Notes under the pieces: generated by a model
The model's input: the letters and a program-made list of their open reading frames with translations, nothing else
Told to the model about the DNA's origin: nothing
The model's database searches: none
Program-made: the position numbers and the translations under genes
Source of the DNA: Thermoplasmata archaeon
GTDB taxonomy: Archaea; Thermoplasmatota; Thermoplasmata; Lutacidiplasmatales; UBA184
Length of the DNA stretch: 64,000 bases
Assembly (NCBI GenBank): GCA_028864975.1
Contig: JAGWLG010000012.1
Span: 1-64,000 of the forward strand
Direction of reading: 5' to 3'
Shown here: one piece after another, positions 25,764 through 37,700 of the stretch
How positions within the stretch are numbered: position 1 is the first letter of the stretch
How the letters are laid out: each line of letters starts with the position of its first letter

Positions 25764-28700
25764 ATGTCAAAGACCCCGACACGGCAGTCTGACCTAGCGA
25801 ACCCCGTCGTCCACCTAGTCAAGGTTCGAGGAACGAGCTCGCTGTCGCGACGATCGGGTAGCATCGGGGATCGTGCCGGACTCATCGGGATATTGCTTCT
25901 ATTGGGGCTGCTGGTCGCACCGACTACGGCGTTCACGACCACGGGGGCCTTGCTGGCGAAGCTGCCCTCCGCGGAGGCGCCCCCTCCGGGGACGGTCCAG
26001 GGCGTGGCAAGCCTCTCGCTCTCGGCTCTTGGTAACTTCCCGGCCCCGCCCCTTGGCTCCGGGCCTTCGGCCCGGCTCCCCGGCGTGATTGACGGCCCCG
26101 GGGGCGATCTGGGCGCGCCCCTCGGCCTTCCGCCTTCCGCGTCGGTCTCTGCCGGGACTCCCCCAACCACGGCATCCCGGGCCCCCTCGTCGGGAGCCTC
26201 CACTCTGCCTCCGCCCCCCTCTTCCTCAGTCTCTTCCCCCTCCACCTTCTCCTCATCCTCCGCGGCGGGCGCCGCGGAGCTTGCGCAGGCGAGCGCCTCC
26301 CTCGGTCAAGGCGGAGGACCGGCGCAGGGCCATGCCATGTCGTGTGCGGCGTCGGCAGCGGGGTCCTTCGAGTGCGATGCGAAGGCTGACGCATCTCCGG
26401 ATCTAGGATTGGGGACCCAGAGCACCACGTGGACCGAAATGGGTACGCCGGGAATGAGGGACGCTGCCTCCATGGTCTATGACCCGGCGGACGGCACGGT
26501 GGTCCTCTTCGGGGGGTACTTCAGCGGTCTCACCCAGGCGGACACCTGGGAGTACCACGGCGGCGTTTGGTATCCGGTGGACTCTCCAATCTCTCCGCCG
26601 GCCCGCTACGCGGCGGCGATGGTCTACGACATCCCCGCCGGCTACGTATTGCTCTTCGGGGGCCAAGGGGCTGGGACTTCAGGGTCCCTCCAGGACACAT
26701 GGGAGTTTTCCGGAGGGACCTGGGTGCAACTCACCTCGACCTCATCGCCGGGGACACGGTATGGCGCCACGATGACGTACGACGCGGCGGACGGATACGT
26801 AGTGCTGTTCGGGGGGTTTGGGTGCTCCACGGGCTCGGGCTGCGTGGCGAGCCTCCTCCAAGACACGTGGCAGTTCTCGGGGGGGGCCTGGACCCAGCTC
26901 ACTCCGACCACGTCGCCGGGAACCCGGTATGACGCCTCGATGACCTACGACACTGCGGACGGGTACGTGGTGCTGTTCGGGGGGCTTGGGTGCTCCACGG
27001 GCTCGGGCTGCGCGGCGAACGAGATCCAGGACACCTGGAAGTTCACGGGAACCACCTGGACCCAGCTCTCCATCCTCGCACTTCCGGGAGCCCGGAATGG
27101 CGCCTCGATGACCTACGACGGGGCGGACGGGTACGTGGTGCTGTTTGGCGGGTATGGGTGTTTCACGGGGTCAAGCTGCGGGTTGCATTGGCTCCAGGAA
27201 ACGTGGAAGCTCATGGGGACCACCTGGACCCTGCTCACTCCCGCGGCCTCGCCGGGAATCCGGGAGGGGGCCACGATGACGTACGACGTGACGGACGGGT
27301 ACGTGGTGCTCTTCGGTGGCCACGGGCCCGGGTCCGCAGGGGGCCTCCAGGACACCTGGAAGTTCTCCGGAGGGACTTGGGCGCAACTGGCTCCGACCAC
27401 GTCGCCGGGAACCCGGACTGGCGCGACGATGACGTTCGACGTGAGGGACGGGTACGTGGTTCTCTTCGGAGGGTTTGGGTGCTCCACGGGCTCGGGCTGC
27501 ACGGTGGACTACCTCCAGGACACGTGGAAGTTCACGGGGACGACCTGGACTCAGCTCTCTCCTACCACGTCGCCCGGAACCCGGCTTGCGGCCTCGATGG
27601 TGTACGACTCGGCGGATAGGTATGTGGCGCTGTTCGGGGGGTATGGGTGCTCCACGGGCTCGGGCTGCGCGGTGGGCTACCTCCAGGACACGTGGAAGTT
27701 CACGGGGACGACTTGGACCCAGCTCACACCGACCACCTCGCCGGGGACCAGGGAATACGCCTCGATGACCTACGACGCGGCTGACGGGTATGTGGTGCTG
27801 TTCGGCGGATATGGGTGCTACACGGGCTCGAGCTGCACGGTGGACTACCTCCAGGACACGTGGCAGTTCACGGGGACGACCTGGAGTCAGTTCGCCCCGA
27901 CCACGTCGCCGGGAACCCGGTATGACGCCTCGATGACCTACGACACTGCGGACGGGTATGTGATGCTGTTCGGGGGGTTCGGGTGCTCCACGGCCTGCAA
28001 CTGGCTCCAGGATACCTGGAGCTTTGGGATTCCGCTGACGGACGCTACGCCTTCGGCGTCGCCCAGCTCCCTGGACGTCGGCCAGGCCTTGCTCCTCACG
28101 TCGTCCGCCACCGGCGGGGGCCAGGGCGCCTCTCACGAGTTCGGTTGGTGGGGGCTACCCCCAGGATGCTCGACCGCAGTGCTGACCGTGAGCGTTTCCT
28201 GCACGCCTTCCAAGGCCGGGACCTACTACGTGGGCACGGTCGTCTCGGAGTCGAACGGTATACCTCTGGCGACGGGACCGACCACCACGGTTACGGTCTA
28301 TCCGGACCCGAGCGCGACCGCGTCCGGGTCGGCCTCCTCGCGCGACGCAGGCCAGACCGTGACCCTGACCGGGCTGACCTCCGGAGGGCTCGGCCCGTTC
28401 TCAGGCATCGTCTGGAACGGCCTTCCCACGGCAAGCAGCTGCGCCGCCGCCGGGAGCCTCACCTGCGCCATCACGCTCTCGTCCTCAGGGGTGGGACAAT
28501 GGACGATCACCGTCTCCGCCACGGATGCGAACGGCTTCACGGCCACCTCGATGGGCGTGGCCCTCACGGTCGACCCAGCGTTGTGCGCCAGCCCTTGCGG
28601 GATCTCGGGCGGGACCTCGCTCGATGTGGGGCAAACCGCGACCGTCCAGGCCTCCGTGAACGGAGGGACAGGGACCTACTCGTACGCCTGGTCCGCCCTG

Positions 28701-31700
28701 TCCGGGGCGGGGTGCCCGACGACCTCGGCGTCGACGGTCGATTGCACGCCCACCGCGACGGGATCGTTCACCGTGGCGTTCGTGGCGACGGACACGAATG
28801 GGGCCACGACCGCCGCCTTAGGGGTCGTTCTGACCGTCTCGGCGGACCCCACCATCACCGCTCCAACCGCTTCGAGGGCGACCCTGGACGTGGGACAGGC
28901 CACGACGCTGACCACCACGGACGCGGGAGGGAGCGGGACCCTGGTGGTCTCGTGGTCCGGGTTGCCGACGGGGTGCCTCAGCTCGAACACGCTGTCGTTC
29001 AGCTGCTCCCCCACGGCGGTCGGGACGTTCACGGTCTACGCCAATGTCCAGGACACGCACCTGTACAACGCCACTTCGGGGCCGCTGACCGTCGTGGTGT
29101 CGCCCAGGCTCAATCCGGGGGGTTCCTTCGCGAGCCCGGCTTCGTTGGACCTTGGCCAGGCTACGACGTTCGTGACCAATGTCAATGGCGGTACCGGTAG
29201 CTACTCCTACGGTTGGATGGCGCTCCCTCCAGGGTGCGCGGCCGCCGATACCGGCACGCTCGTCTGTACGCCAACCGCGACCGGGTCCTTCCTCGTCACA
29301 GTTTCCGTCGTGGACTCGAACAACAATCTTGTGTCCCCGGCTGCCATCGCGCTCACGGTGGGCCCCGACCCTGTGGCGGGGAGCCTCGTCGCCTCCTTGC
29401 GGGGCCTTCCTCAGCTCGGGTCGGCAAGCGCTCCGCTCACCCTGGGATCGACCCCCTCTTGGGTCCTCTACGACCCCGGGAACGGTATGGTCTACGTGGG
29501 GCAAGGGAACTGCTGCGGCGCGGGGAACACGGTCTGGGTGGTGAACCCCTCGACAGGAACGCTGGTGAAGACCATCACGACGGGCAACCTCCCCATCTCC
29601 TTGGCGTACGACAGCGCTCGGGGCGAGGTCTTCGTCGCCGAGTACGGGAACGCCCAGGTGCAGGTGATCGACGACTCGACCAACGCGCTCGTGGCCACCA
29701 TCCCGATGCCGGACGAACCGCTCAGCCTCGGATACGACAGCTGGAACGGCGACGTCTACGTGGCGCTCTATGCGACGAACCGAGTGGCTGTCATCGATGG
29801 CGCCACCGATTCGATCGTCTCGCTCATCGGCGTGGGGTCGGGGCCCAACAGCGCGGCCTTCGACCCAGCGACCGGGGACGTCTGGGTCGGCGACCAGAAC
29901 GGTGCCGCCGTGACCATCATCAACGGTGCCACCAACACCGTGGCGGGGACGGTGACCCTGGCGGCCGGTTCGGTCCCGGTGTTCCTGGTCTACGACCCGG
30001 CCAACGGCGACATGTACGTGCCCACCGGGACCACGCAGTCCATCGACGTGATCGATGCGACGTCGGACGCGATCGTCGACACCGTCGCCACGACGTTCAA
30101 CCCCGAAGAGAGCGCGCTCGACACGGCGAACGGTTACCTCTACGTGGCGGACATCAGCGCGTCGGCGAACGAACTCCAGGCCCTGGACACGCGGACCAAC
30201 ACCCTCGTGGGGACCGTGGGGCTGGGGACGACGGCCTACGGGGTCGCCTACGACAGCTCCAACGGAAGATTGTACGGGAGCGGCTTCGGGAACGGGGACC
30301 TCTTCACGGTCCGCACGCTCTCCTCCGTCTCCCTCCCGAGCTCCATGAGCGCCGACGTCGGGCAGTCGGTCCTCCTCTCGGCCTCCTTGACGGGCCAGGG
30401 GAGCGGTGGGGACCGGGTGTCCCTCTCCGTCTCCCCCGCCGCGGGGTTTACCTGCATCGCCGACCCCTACGGGTACGCGAACCTTAGTGCCGGATGTCTC
30501 GCCGAGACCCCTGGCTCGTATCAGCTATACTTCCAGCTGACGGACTCGAACGGATTCACCGTCTCGACAGGGACCCTGACGCTCGTGGTCGATCCCGCGC
30601 TGGGAGGAGCCAGCGTCTCCGTCTCCCGTCTCGCCCTCGACGTGGGACAGACGACGGCCCTTTCGGCCTCCGTGAGCGGGGGCGCGGGCAGCTACGCGTA
30701 CGCTTGGTCGACCCTGCCGACCGGATGCTCGGTGGGCGACGTCGGCGCCTTCAGCTGCGTGCCCTCGGGCGCGGGGTCGTTCGCGGTGGCCCTCATCGTT
30801 ACGGATGGGAACGGGGCTTCGACCTCCGCTGGGACGACCTTGTCGGTCTCCCTCGACCCCACGATCTCGCCACCCACCGGGACCCTGACCCGTCTGGATG
30901 TGGGGTCCTCGACGGTCCTGGCTGCGACCGCTACGCCCGGTAGCGGTGGGGACGTTTACGCCTGGAGCGGGCTTCCGACCCCGTGCCTCTCTTCCAACGC
31001 GCTCTCCATCGTCTGCGCTCCCAGCGCGTCGGGCGAGGGGACGTTCGACGTGACGGTCAGCGTCGTCGATTCGAACGGCTGGAACGTCACCTCCGGCCCC
31101 CTGACCATCGAGGTCGACCCCCCACTGGGGATCTCCTCGTTCACAGAATCCCGCCCCGCCCTTGACGTGGGGCAGACCGTGGTCTTCGCCGTGAGCCCGA
31201 CCGGCGGCTCCGGGGTCTACACCTACACGTGGGGAGCCATCCCCGCTGGATGCGCGCGGGTCGACGCGGCCACGCTCACTTGTGTTCCCACCGGGAGCGG
31301 TAGCACCACGGTGTCGGTCTCCGTGGGCGACACGAACGGAGCCTCGCTCCCGTCGGCTGGGCTCGCGGTCGTGGTCAGCGCGGACCCCGCGGTCTCCTCG
31401 CCGGGGGCGAGCACGAGCTCGCTCGACATGGGCCAGTCCACGAGCCTCTCGACCGTGGTCTCGCCGGGGAGCGGCACGGATGTCCTCTCCTGGGCGGGCC
31501 TCCCTGCGGGCTGCCTGAGCTCGAACGCGAACCCGGTCTCGTGCGCGCCTTCGGCCTCCGGGACCTTCACCGTCACAGTCGCTGTCCGGGACTCGAACGG
31601 GATGAACGTGAGCTCGGGCCCCTTGACGCTCGTCGTCTCCCCCGCGCTCTCCGCGGTTGCCTTGACCGCCTCTCCGGGCGCGCTCGACGTGGGGCAGAGC

Positions 31701-34700
31701 TTGACGTTCTCGGCCTCGGTCTCCGGTGGCTCCGGGGTCTACGTCTGGTCCTGGGCGACCCTCCCGACGGGGTGCGCGGGCGCGAACGCTGCCACGCTCA
31801 CCTGCTCGCCAACGGCCGCGGGCTCTTACAGCGCCCAGGCGACGGCGACGGACTCCAATGGGGCGTCCTCGAGCCACAGCGCGGCCATCGTGGTGTCCGC
31901 GGCGGTCACGGTGGGCTCCATCTCCGCGACACGCTGGGACCTGGATGTGAGCCAGAGCTCGACGCTCACGGCCACGGTCGCGGGCGGAAGCCCCTCCTTC
32001 GCCTACGCCTGGGCGGGCCTCCCTGCCGGGTGCCTGAGCTCGAACGCGCTCTCGCTGTCCTGCTCCCCCACCGCGAGCGGGACGTTCGCCCTCACGTTCT
32101 CGGCTCGGGACTCGAACGGGATGAACGTGAGCTCGACCACGATGGCCATGGTGGTGTCCCCAGCGCTGGGGACCCCCTCGATAACGGCCTCCACCCCGAA
32201 CCTGGACGTGGGACAGACCGTTTCGTTCCTCGCCGCCGAGTCGGGAGGGACCGGCAGCTACAGCTACTCGTGGACCTATAATGGGATCCGGGCGGACCTG
32301 GTTGGTTGCACGGGGCAGGCCACCGCGAGCCTCACCTGCACGCCCACGAGCTCGGGCGTTCCCAATATCGTGGTCACCGTCTCGGACAGCAACGCGGCCC
32401 CCCCCCAGACCCGGTCGACGACCGTGACGGTCTCGGCGGACCCGACGGTCCAGCCGATCACGGGGAGCCGGACGACGCTCGACCTCGGACAGTCGACCTT
32501 GCTCTCGACCACCTCCGCCCAGGGTAGTGGTGGCCCGACCTACGCCTGGGCCGGCCTCCCCGCTGGGTGCCTGAGCTCGAACGCTCTCTCGATCACCTGC
32601 GCTCCCGCGGGGGCCGGCACGTTTAGCGTGACGGTCTCCGTGCGCGACTCCAATGGGGTGAACGTGAGCTCGATCCCCCTGACGTTGATCGTCTCTCCGG
32701 CGATGGGAAGCGCAGCCCTCGCGGCCGCGCCATCTGCCCTCGACGTAGGCGAGACGACCACGCTGTCTTCCTCGGCCTCGGGCGGGACAGGGGTCTACGT
32801 TTACGCCTACTCGGGCCTGCCCACGGGATGCTCCTCGGCGAACAGCGCGACGCTCGCCTGCTCCCCCTCGGCCGCGGGGACCTTCCCCTCGGTCGCGCTC
32901 ACGGTCACCGACGGGAACGGTGCGACGGCCACGGCCATGATTCCGATCGCCGTCTCGGCGGCTCCCGTTGCGGGGACGCCCGCGGCCTCCAAGCCCTCCC
33001 TGGACGTGGGTCAGACCACCTCGATCAGCGCCCTGGCCTCCGGAGGGAGCGGCGGCGACGTCTACTCCTGGAGCGGTCTCCCCACCGGGTGCCTGAGCCA
33101 GAACCTGCTCTCCTTGACCTGCACCCCCACGGTCGCGGGCACCTTCAGCGTGCGCCTCTCGGTGCTGGACTCGAACCGGATGAACGTCACCTCGGGAACG
33201 CTCACCCTAGCGATCTCCCCCGCTCTCGCGGGCGCCTTGCTCACCGCGAGCCGTAGCCTCCTCGACGTAGGCCAGACGACCCTCTTCGCGGCTTCGGCTT
33301 CGGGCGGTGCGGGAGGCGACACGTTCGCCTGGTCAGGGCTGCCCAGCGGTTGCTCGGGGGGCAGCTCGTCCTCTGTAACCTGTGTCCCGGCTGCCAGCGG
33401 ACCTTTCACCGTGAGCATCGTGGCGACGGACGCGAACGGGGCTACCGCCTCCGCGAACGTGGCCCTCACGGTCTCCAGCGACCCGTCGGTGAGCGTCCCC
33501 TCGTCCTCGAGGAGCTCGCTCGACGTGGGACAGAGCACGAGCCTCTCCTCCGTCGCCACGCCAGGGAGCGGCACGCCGGTGTACGCCTGGTCGGGGCTGC
33601 CCACGGGCTGCCTCAGCGCGAACGCGCTCACGCTCAGCTGCGCCCCGACGGGGGCCGGGACCTTCGTGGTACGGGTCACGGTCCAGGACTCGAACGGGAT
33701 GAACGTCAGTTCGGGGACGCTGACCCTCCTGGTCTCCACGGCGCTAGGGACCCCCTCGCTCTCGGCCTCCACCGCGACGTTGGACGTGGGGCAGAGCGTC
33801 ACCTTCACGGCGACCGAGGCGGGCGGCAGTGGGACCTACACCTTCACGTGGACGTGGGCCGGGAACCCGGCCTCGTCCGAAGGGTGCACGGGGGGGAACG
33901 CGGCCACCATCGTCTGCACCCCCACCTTCTCCCAGTCCCCGAGCGTCGTGGTCTCGGTCTCCGACAGCAACGGCATGGGCGGGCTCGTGGCCTCCACGTC
34001 GGTCGTCGTGTCGGCGGACCCCACGGTGACCTCCCCAGGCGCAACCCGCTTGGCCCTCGACATCGGCCAGTCGACGGTCCTCTCCGCGACCGCCACCACG
34101 GGGAGCGGTGGACCCACCTACGCCTGGTCGGGTCTGCCGACGGGCTGCCTGAGCGCGAACGCCCTCACGGTCACCTGCTCCCCGACGGCCGTCGGCACCT
34201 ACAGCGTGTCGATCTCGGTCCGGGACTCGAACGGGATGAACGTGAGCTCGACTACGTTGACCTTGGTGGTCTCCCCCGCACTGGGAGCCGTCGGGCTCTC
34301 CGCCTCGTCCTACAACTTGGACGTGGGGCAGTCCACGACGTTCTCGGTCTCGGTGAGCGGCGGCACGGGCAGCTACACCTACACGTGGGGATCCCTTCCC
34401 TCCGGGTGCGTGGGGTCGTCCACGCCTACGCTCCTCTGCGCTCCGTCGGGCGCCGGCAGTACCACCGTGGTCGTGTCCGTCGCGGACACGAACGGGGTGC
34501 TCTCTGGCTCGGGGCCCGTGACGGTGATAGTCCAGGCGCCCCCCAGTGTGACCTCGCTCGGTGCGACCCGACTCGACCTTGACGTAGGCCAGTCGACGAC
34601 CCTCACCGCCGCGGCCACCGCGGGCAGTGGCGGCCCCGTGTACGCGTGGTCGGGACTTCCGACCGGGTGTCTCAGTTCCAATGCGCTCTCGGTGACCTGC

Positions 34701-37700
34701 TCGCCCACCGCCCCGGGGACCTTCACGGCGGTCTTCTCGGTGCGCGACTCCAATCGCATGAACGTGAGCTCGGGCGCCCTCACCCTCGTCGTCTCCCCGG
34801 CGTTCGGGACGGCGACCCTGAGCGGAAGTCGTCTCGCCCTGGACGCGGGTCAAACGGTGCTCCTCACGACCTCGGTTTCGGGAGGATCGGGCGGCGACTC
34901 CTATGCCTGGAGCTCGCTCCCGACCGGATGTGGCGGGGCGAACTCGGCGACGCTATCCTGCGTCCCCAGCGGCGCCGGCACCCCCACCGTCTCCGTGACG
35001 GTCACGGACAGCAATGGGGCCACCGCCTCGGCCACACTCCCGCTGACCGTCTCCTCCGCCCCGACCATCTCCCTCCCGACCGCCTCGAGGACTGCGCTGG
35101 ACGTGGGCCAATCCACGACCCTCAGCGCGACCGCGACCTCGGGAAGCGGGAGCCCGGTCTACGCTTGGTCGGGCCTCCCCGCTGGCTGCTTGAGCTCGAA
35201 CGCCCTGTCGGTGGCCTGCACGCCCTCGGGGTCAGGGACCTTCAGCGTCGCGGTGTCGGTCGTGGACTCGAACGGGATGAACGTGAGTTCCGGCCCCCTG
35301 ACCCTGGCGGTCTCGCCGGCGTTGGGGTCGGCGACCCTCTCGGCGAGCCGGAGCGCGCTGGACGTCGGGCAGTTTACCGCGCTCTCGGGCGCCGTCAGCG
35401 GCGGAACGGGGAGCTACACTTACTCCTGGGGCTCCCTCCCCTCGGGTTGCTCGGGCTCGAACGCGGTCGCGATCGTGTGCTCCCCCACCGCGGCGGGGAC
35501 GTTCTCGGTGGCTCTCACGATCACGGACACCAACGGGGCCAGCGCGACCCCCGCGCCGGTGTCGCTCGCGGTCTCCGCAGCCCCCTCGGTGGGGTCGCTC
35601 GGTGCGACCCGCCTCGACCTGGACGTGGGACAGCTGACCACGCTCGCAGGGACGGCGACCGGCGGCAGCGGCGGGGACGCCTATGCCTGGGTCGGGCTCC
35701 CCACGGGGTGCTTGAGTTCCAACTCGCCCTCGGTGGCCTGTTCGCCCACCGCCGCCGGGACCTTCTCCATCGCGCTCTCGGTCATCGATTCGAACGGGAT
35801 GAACGTGAGCTCGCCGTCGCTGCTTCTCTCGGTCTCTCCCGCGCTCGCGGCCGCGGCGCTCAGCGCTGGGCGGAGCGCTCTGGACGTGGGACAGGCGACG
35901 ACCCTCTCCGCTTCCGCCTCGGGCGGGTCGGGCGGCCTCTCCTACTCCTGGTCGGGGCTGCCCACCGGCTGCAGCAGCGGGGGGCGGGCTTCCTTCGCCT
36001 GCGCTCCGACCTCCCCCGGGACGTCCTCGGTGTCCGTCGTGATCACGGACTCGAACGGAGCGAGCGTCTCGGCCTCGACGACGCTCACGGTCTCGTCCGC
36101 GCCCTGGGCCGGGTCGCCTACGGCGAGCCCGAGCGCTCTCGATGTCGGGCAGACGACCGCCCTTGCCGCCACCGCGGGGGCGGGGAGCGGTTCGCCGACC
36201 TACGCCTGGGGGGGCCTCCCCGCGGGGTGCTTGTCGGTGAGCTCGCTCATCCTCACGTGCTCCCCCATGAGTTGGGGGTCGTTCACGGTGGTGCTGAGCG
36301 TTGTGGACTCGAACGGGATGAACGTCTCCTCCGCGCCACTTCTGCTCCCCATCTCTCCGGCTCTCGCCGGGGCGACCCTCTCGGCTTCCCCCGGCGCGCT
36401 GGACGTGGGGCAGTCGACTGCCCTCTCCTTCTCCGTCTTCGGCGGCTCCGGCGGCTTGACCTACGCGTGGTCCGGTCTTCCCGCGGGCTGCGCGGGAGGG
36501 AACTCGGCCACGCTCCTCTGCTCGCCCACCGCTAGCGGCACCGGCCTTGCGACGGTCCGTGCGACCGACGCCAACGGCGCCTCGGTCTCGGCGAGCGTCT
36601 CGCTCACCGTGTCGGCGGCCCTCTCCGTGGCTGCGCCCTCCGCCTCCCCCTCGGCGGCAGACGCGCAGCAGGCCGTGACGCTCTCCGCCCTGGCTTCCGG
36701 AGGGGCGGGCACCCTGGTCTACGCATGGTGGGGCCTTCCTTCCGGATGCCTCTCCTCGAACCTGGCGACCCTCCCCTGCACGCCCGCGGCCCCGGGGAGG
36801 TTCATGGTGGGCTACAGCGTACTGGACGCGAACGGAGAGAACGTGAGCTCCCCCGCGCTCTCCTTCAGCGTGTCGGCGGCGCTCTCGACCCCTGTCCTGG
36901 CGGCCTCCTTAACGGCGCTGGACCTGGGCGAGGGCACGACGATCGCCGCGACGGTGGCGGGGGGGTCCTCCCCCCTCGCCTATGCCTGGGCCGGGCTCCC
37001 GACCGGGTGCACAGGGTCCGACACGCCCACCTTGGCCTGCGCGCCCTCCCTGACCGGGACCTTCTCGGTGTCGCTCAGGGTCTCTGACGCGAACGGGGGC
37101 ACGGCCACCTCGGCAGCTCTGACGCTCACCGTTTCGGCCGCTCCCACGGTGGGGATTCCGATGGCGACGCTGACGTCGCTGGACCTGGGGCAGACGACCT
37201 CGCTCACGGTGCCCTCGACCCCGGGGAGCGGCGGGCTCGTGCTGAACTGGTCGGGACTCCCGACGGGCTGCCCGGCCTCGGGGCTCCCCTCCTGCACGCC
37301 GACCGCGACCGGCACGTTCTCGATTTGGGTCTCGGCCAAGGACTCGAACGGGGTCACCGTCGTGGGCGCCCCTCTCGTCCTCACCGTTGACGGGGCCCTC
37401 GCGGCGGTCACGCTGACCGCGAGCTCAAAGGACGTGGACGCGGGGTCAGAGGTCACGCTGACAGCCGAAGTCTCGGGCGGGAGCGGGGGTTACGCCTACT
37501 CGTGGTCCGCGCTTCCCACGGGCTGCGCGGGGGCGGACGTCGCCACGTTGCTCTGCTCCCCCTCGGCCGCCGGGTCGTTCGCGGCCGCGGTCCAGGTCTC
37601 GGACACGAACGGGGCCACCTCCTCGGCCTCGGTCTCGATCACGGTGAACGCCCCGCTCTCTGTCGCGCTGTCGGATAGCCCCACCTCCGCCTCGAACGGG

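Noticed and set aside
26447-28027. Regularly spaced DNA repeats resembling a CRISPR array
   Set aside because: Period of 153-168 bp, all in frame inside a protein, the spacers are homologous to each other, and there are no cas genes. These are Kelch coding repeats.
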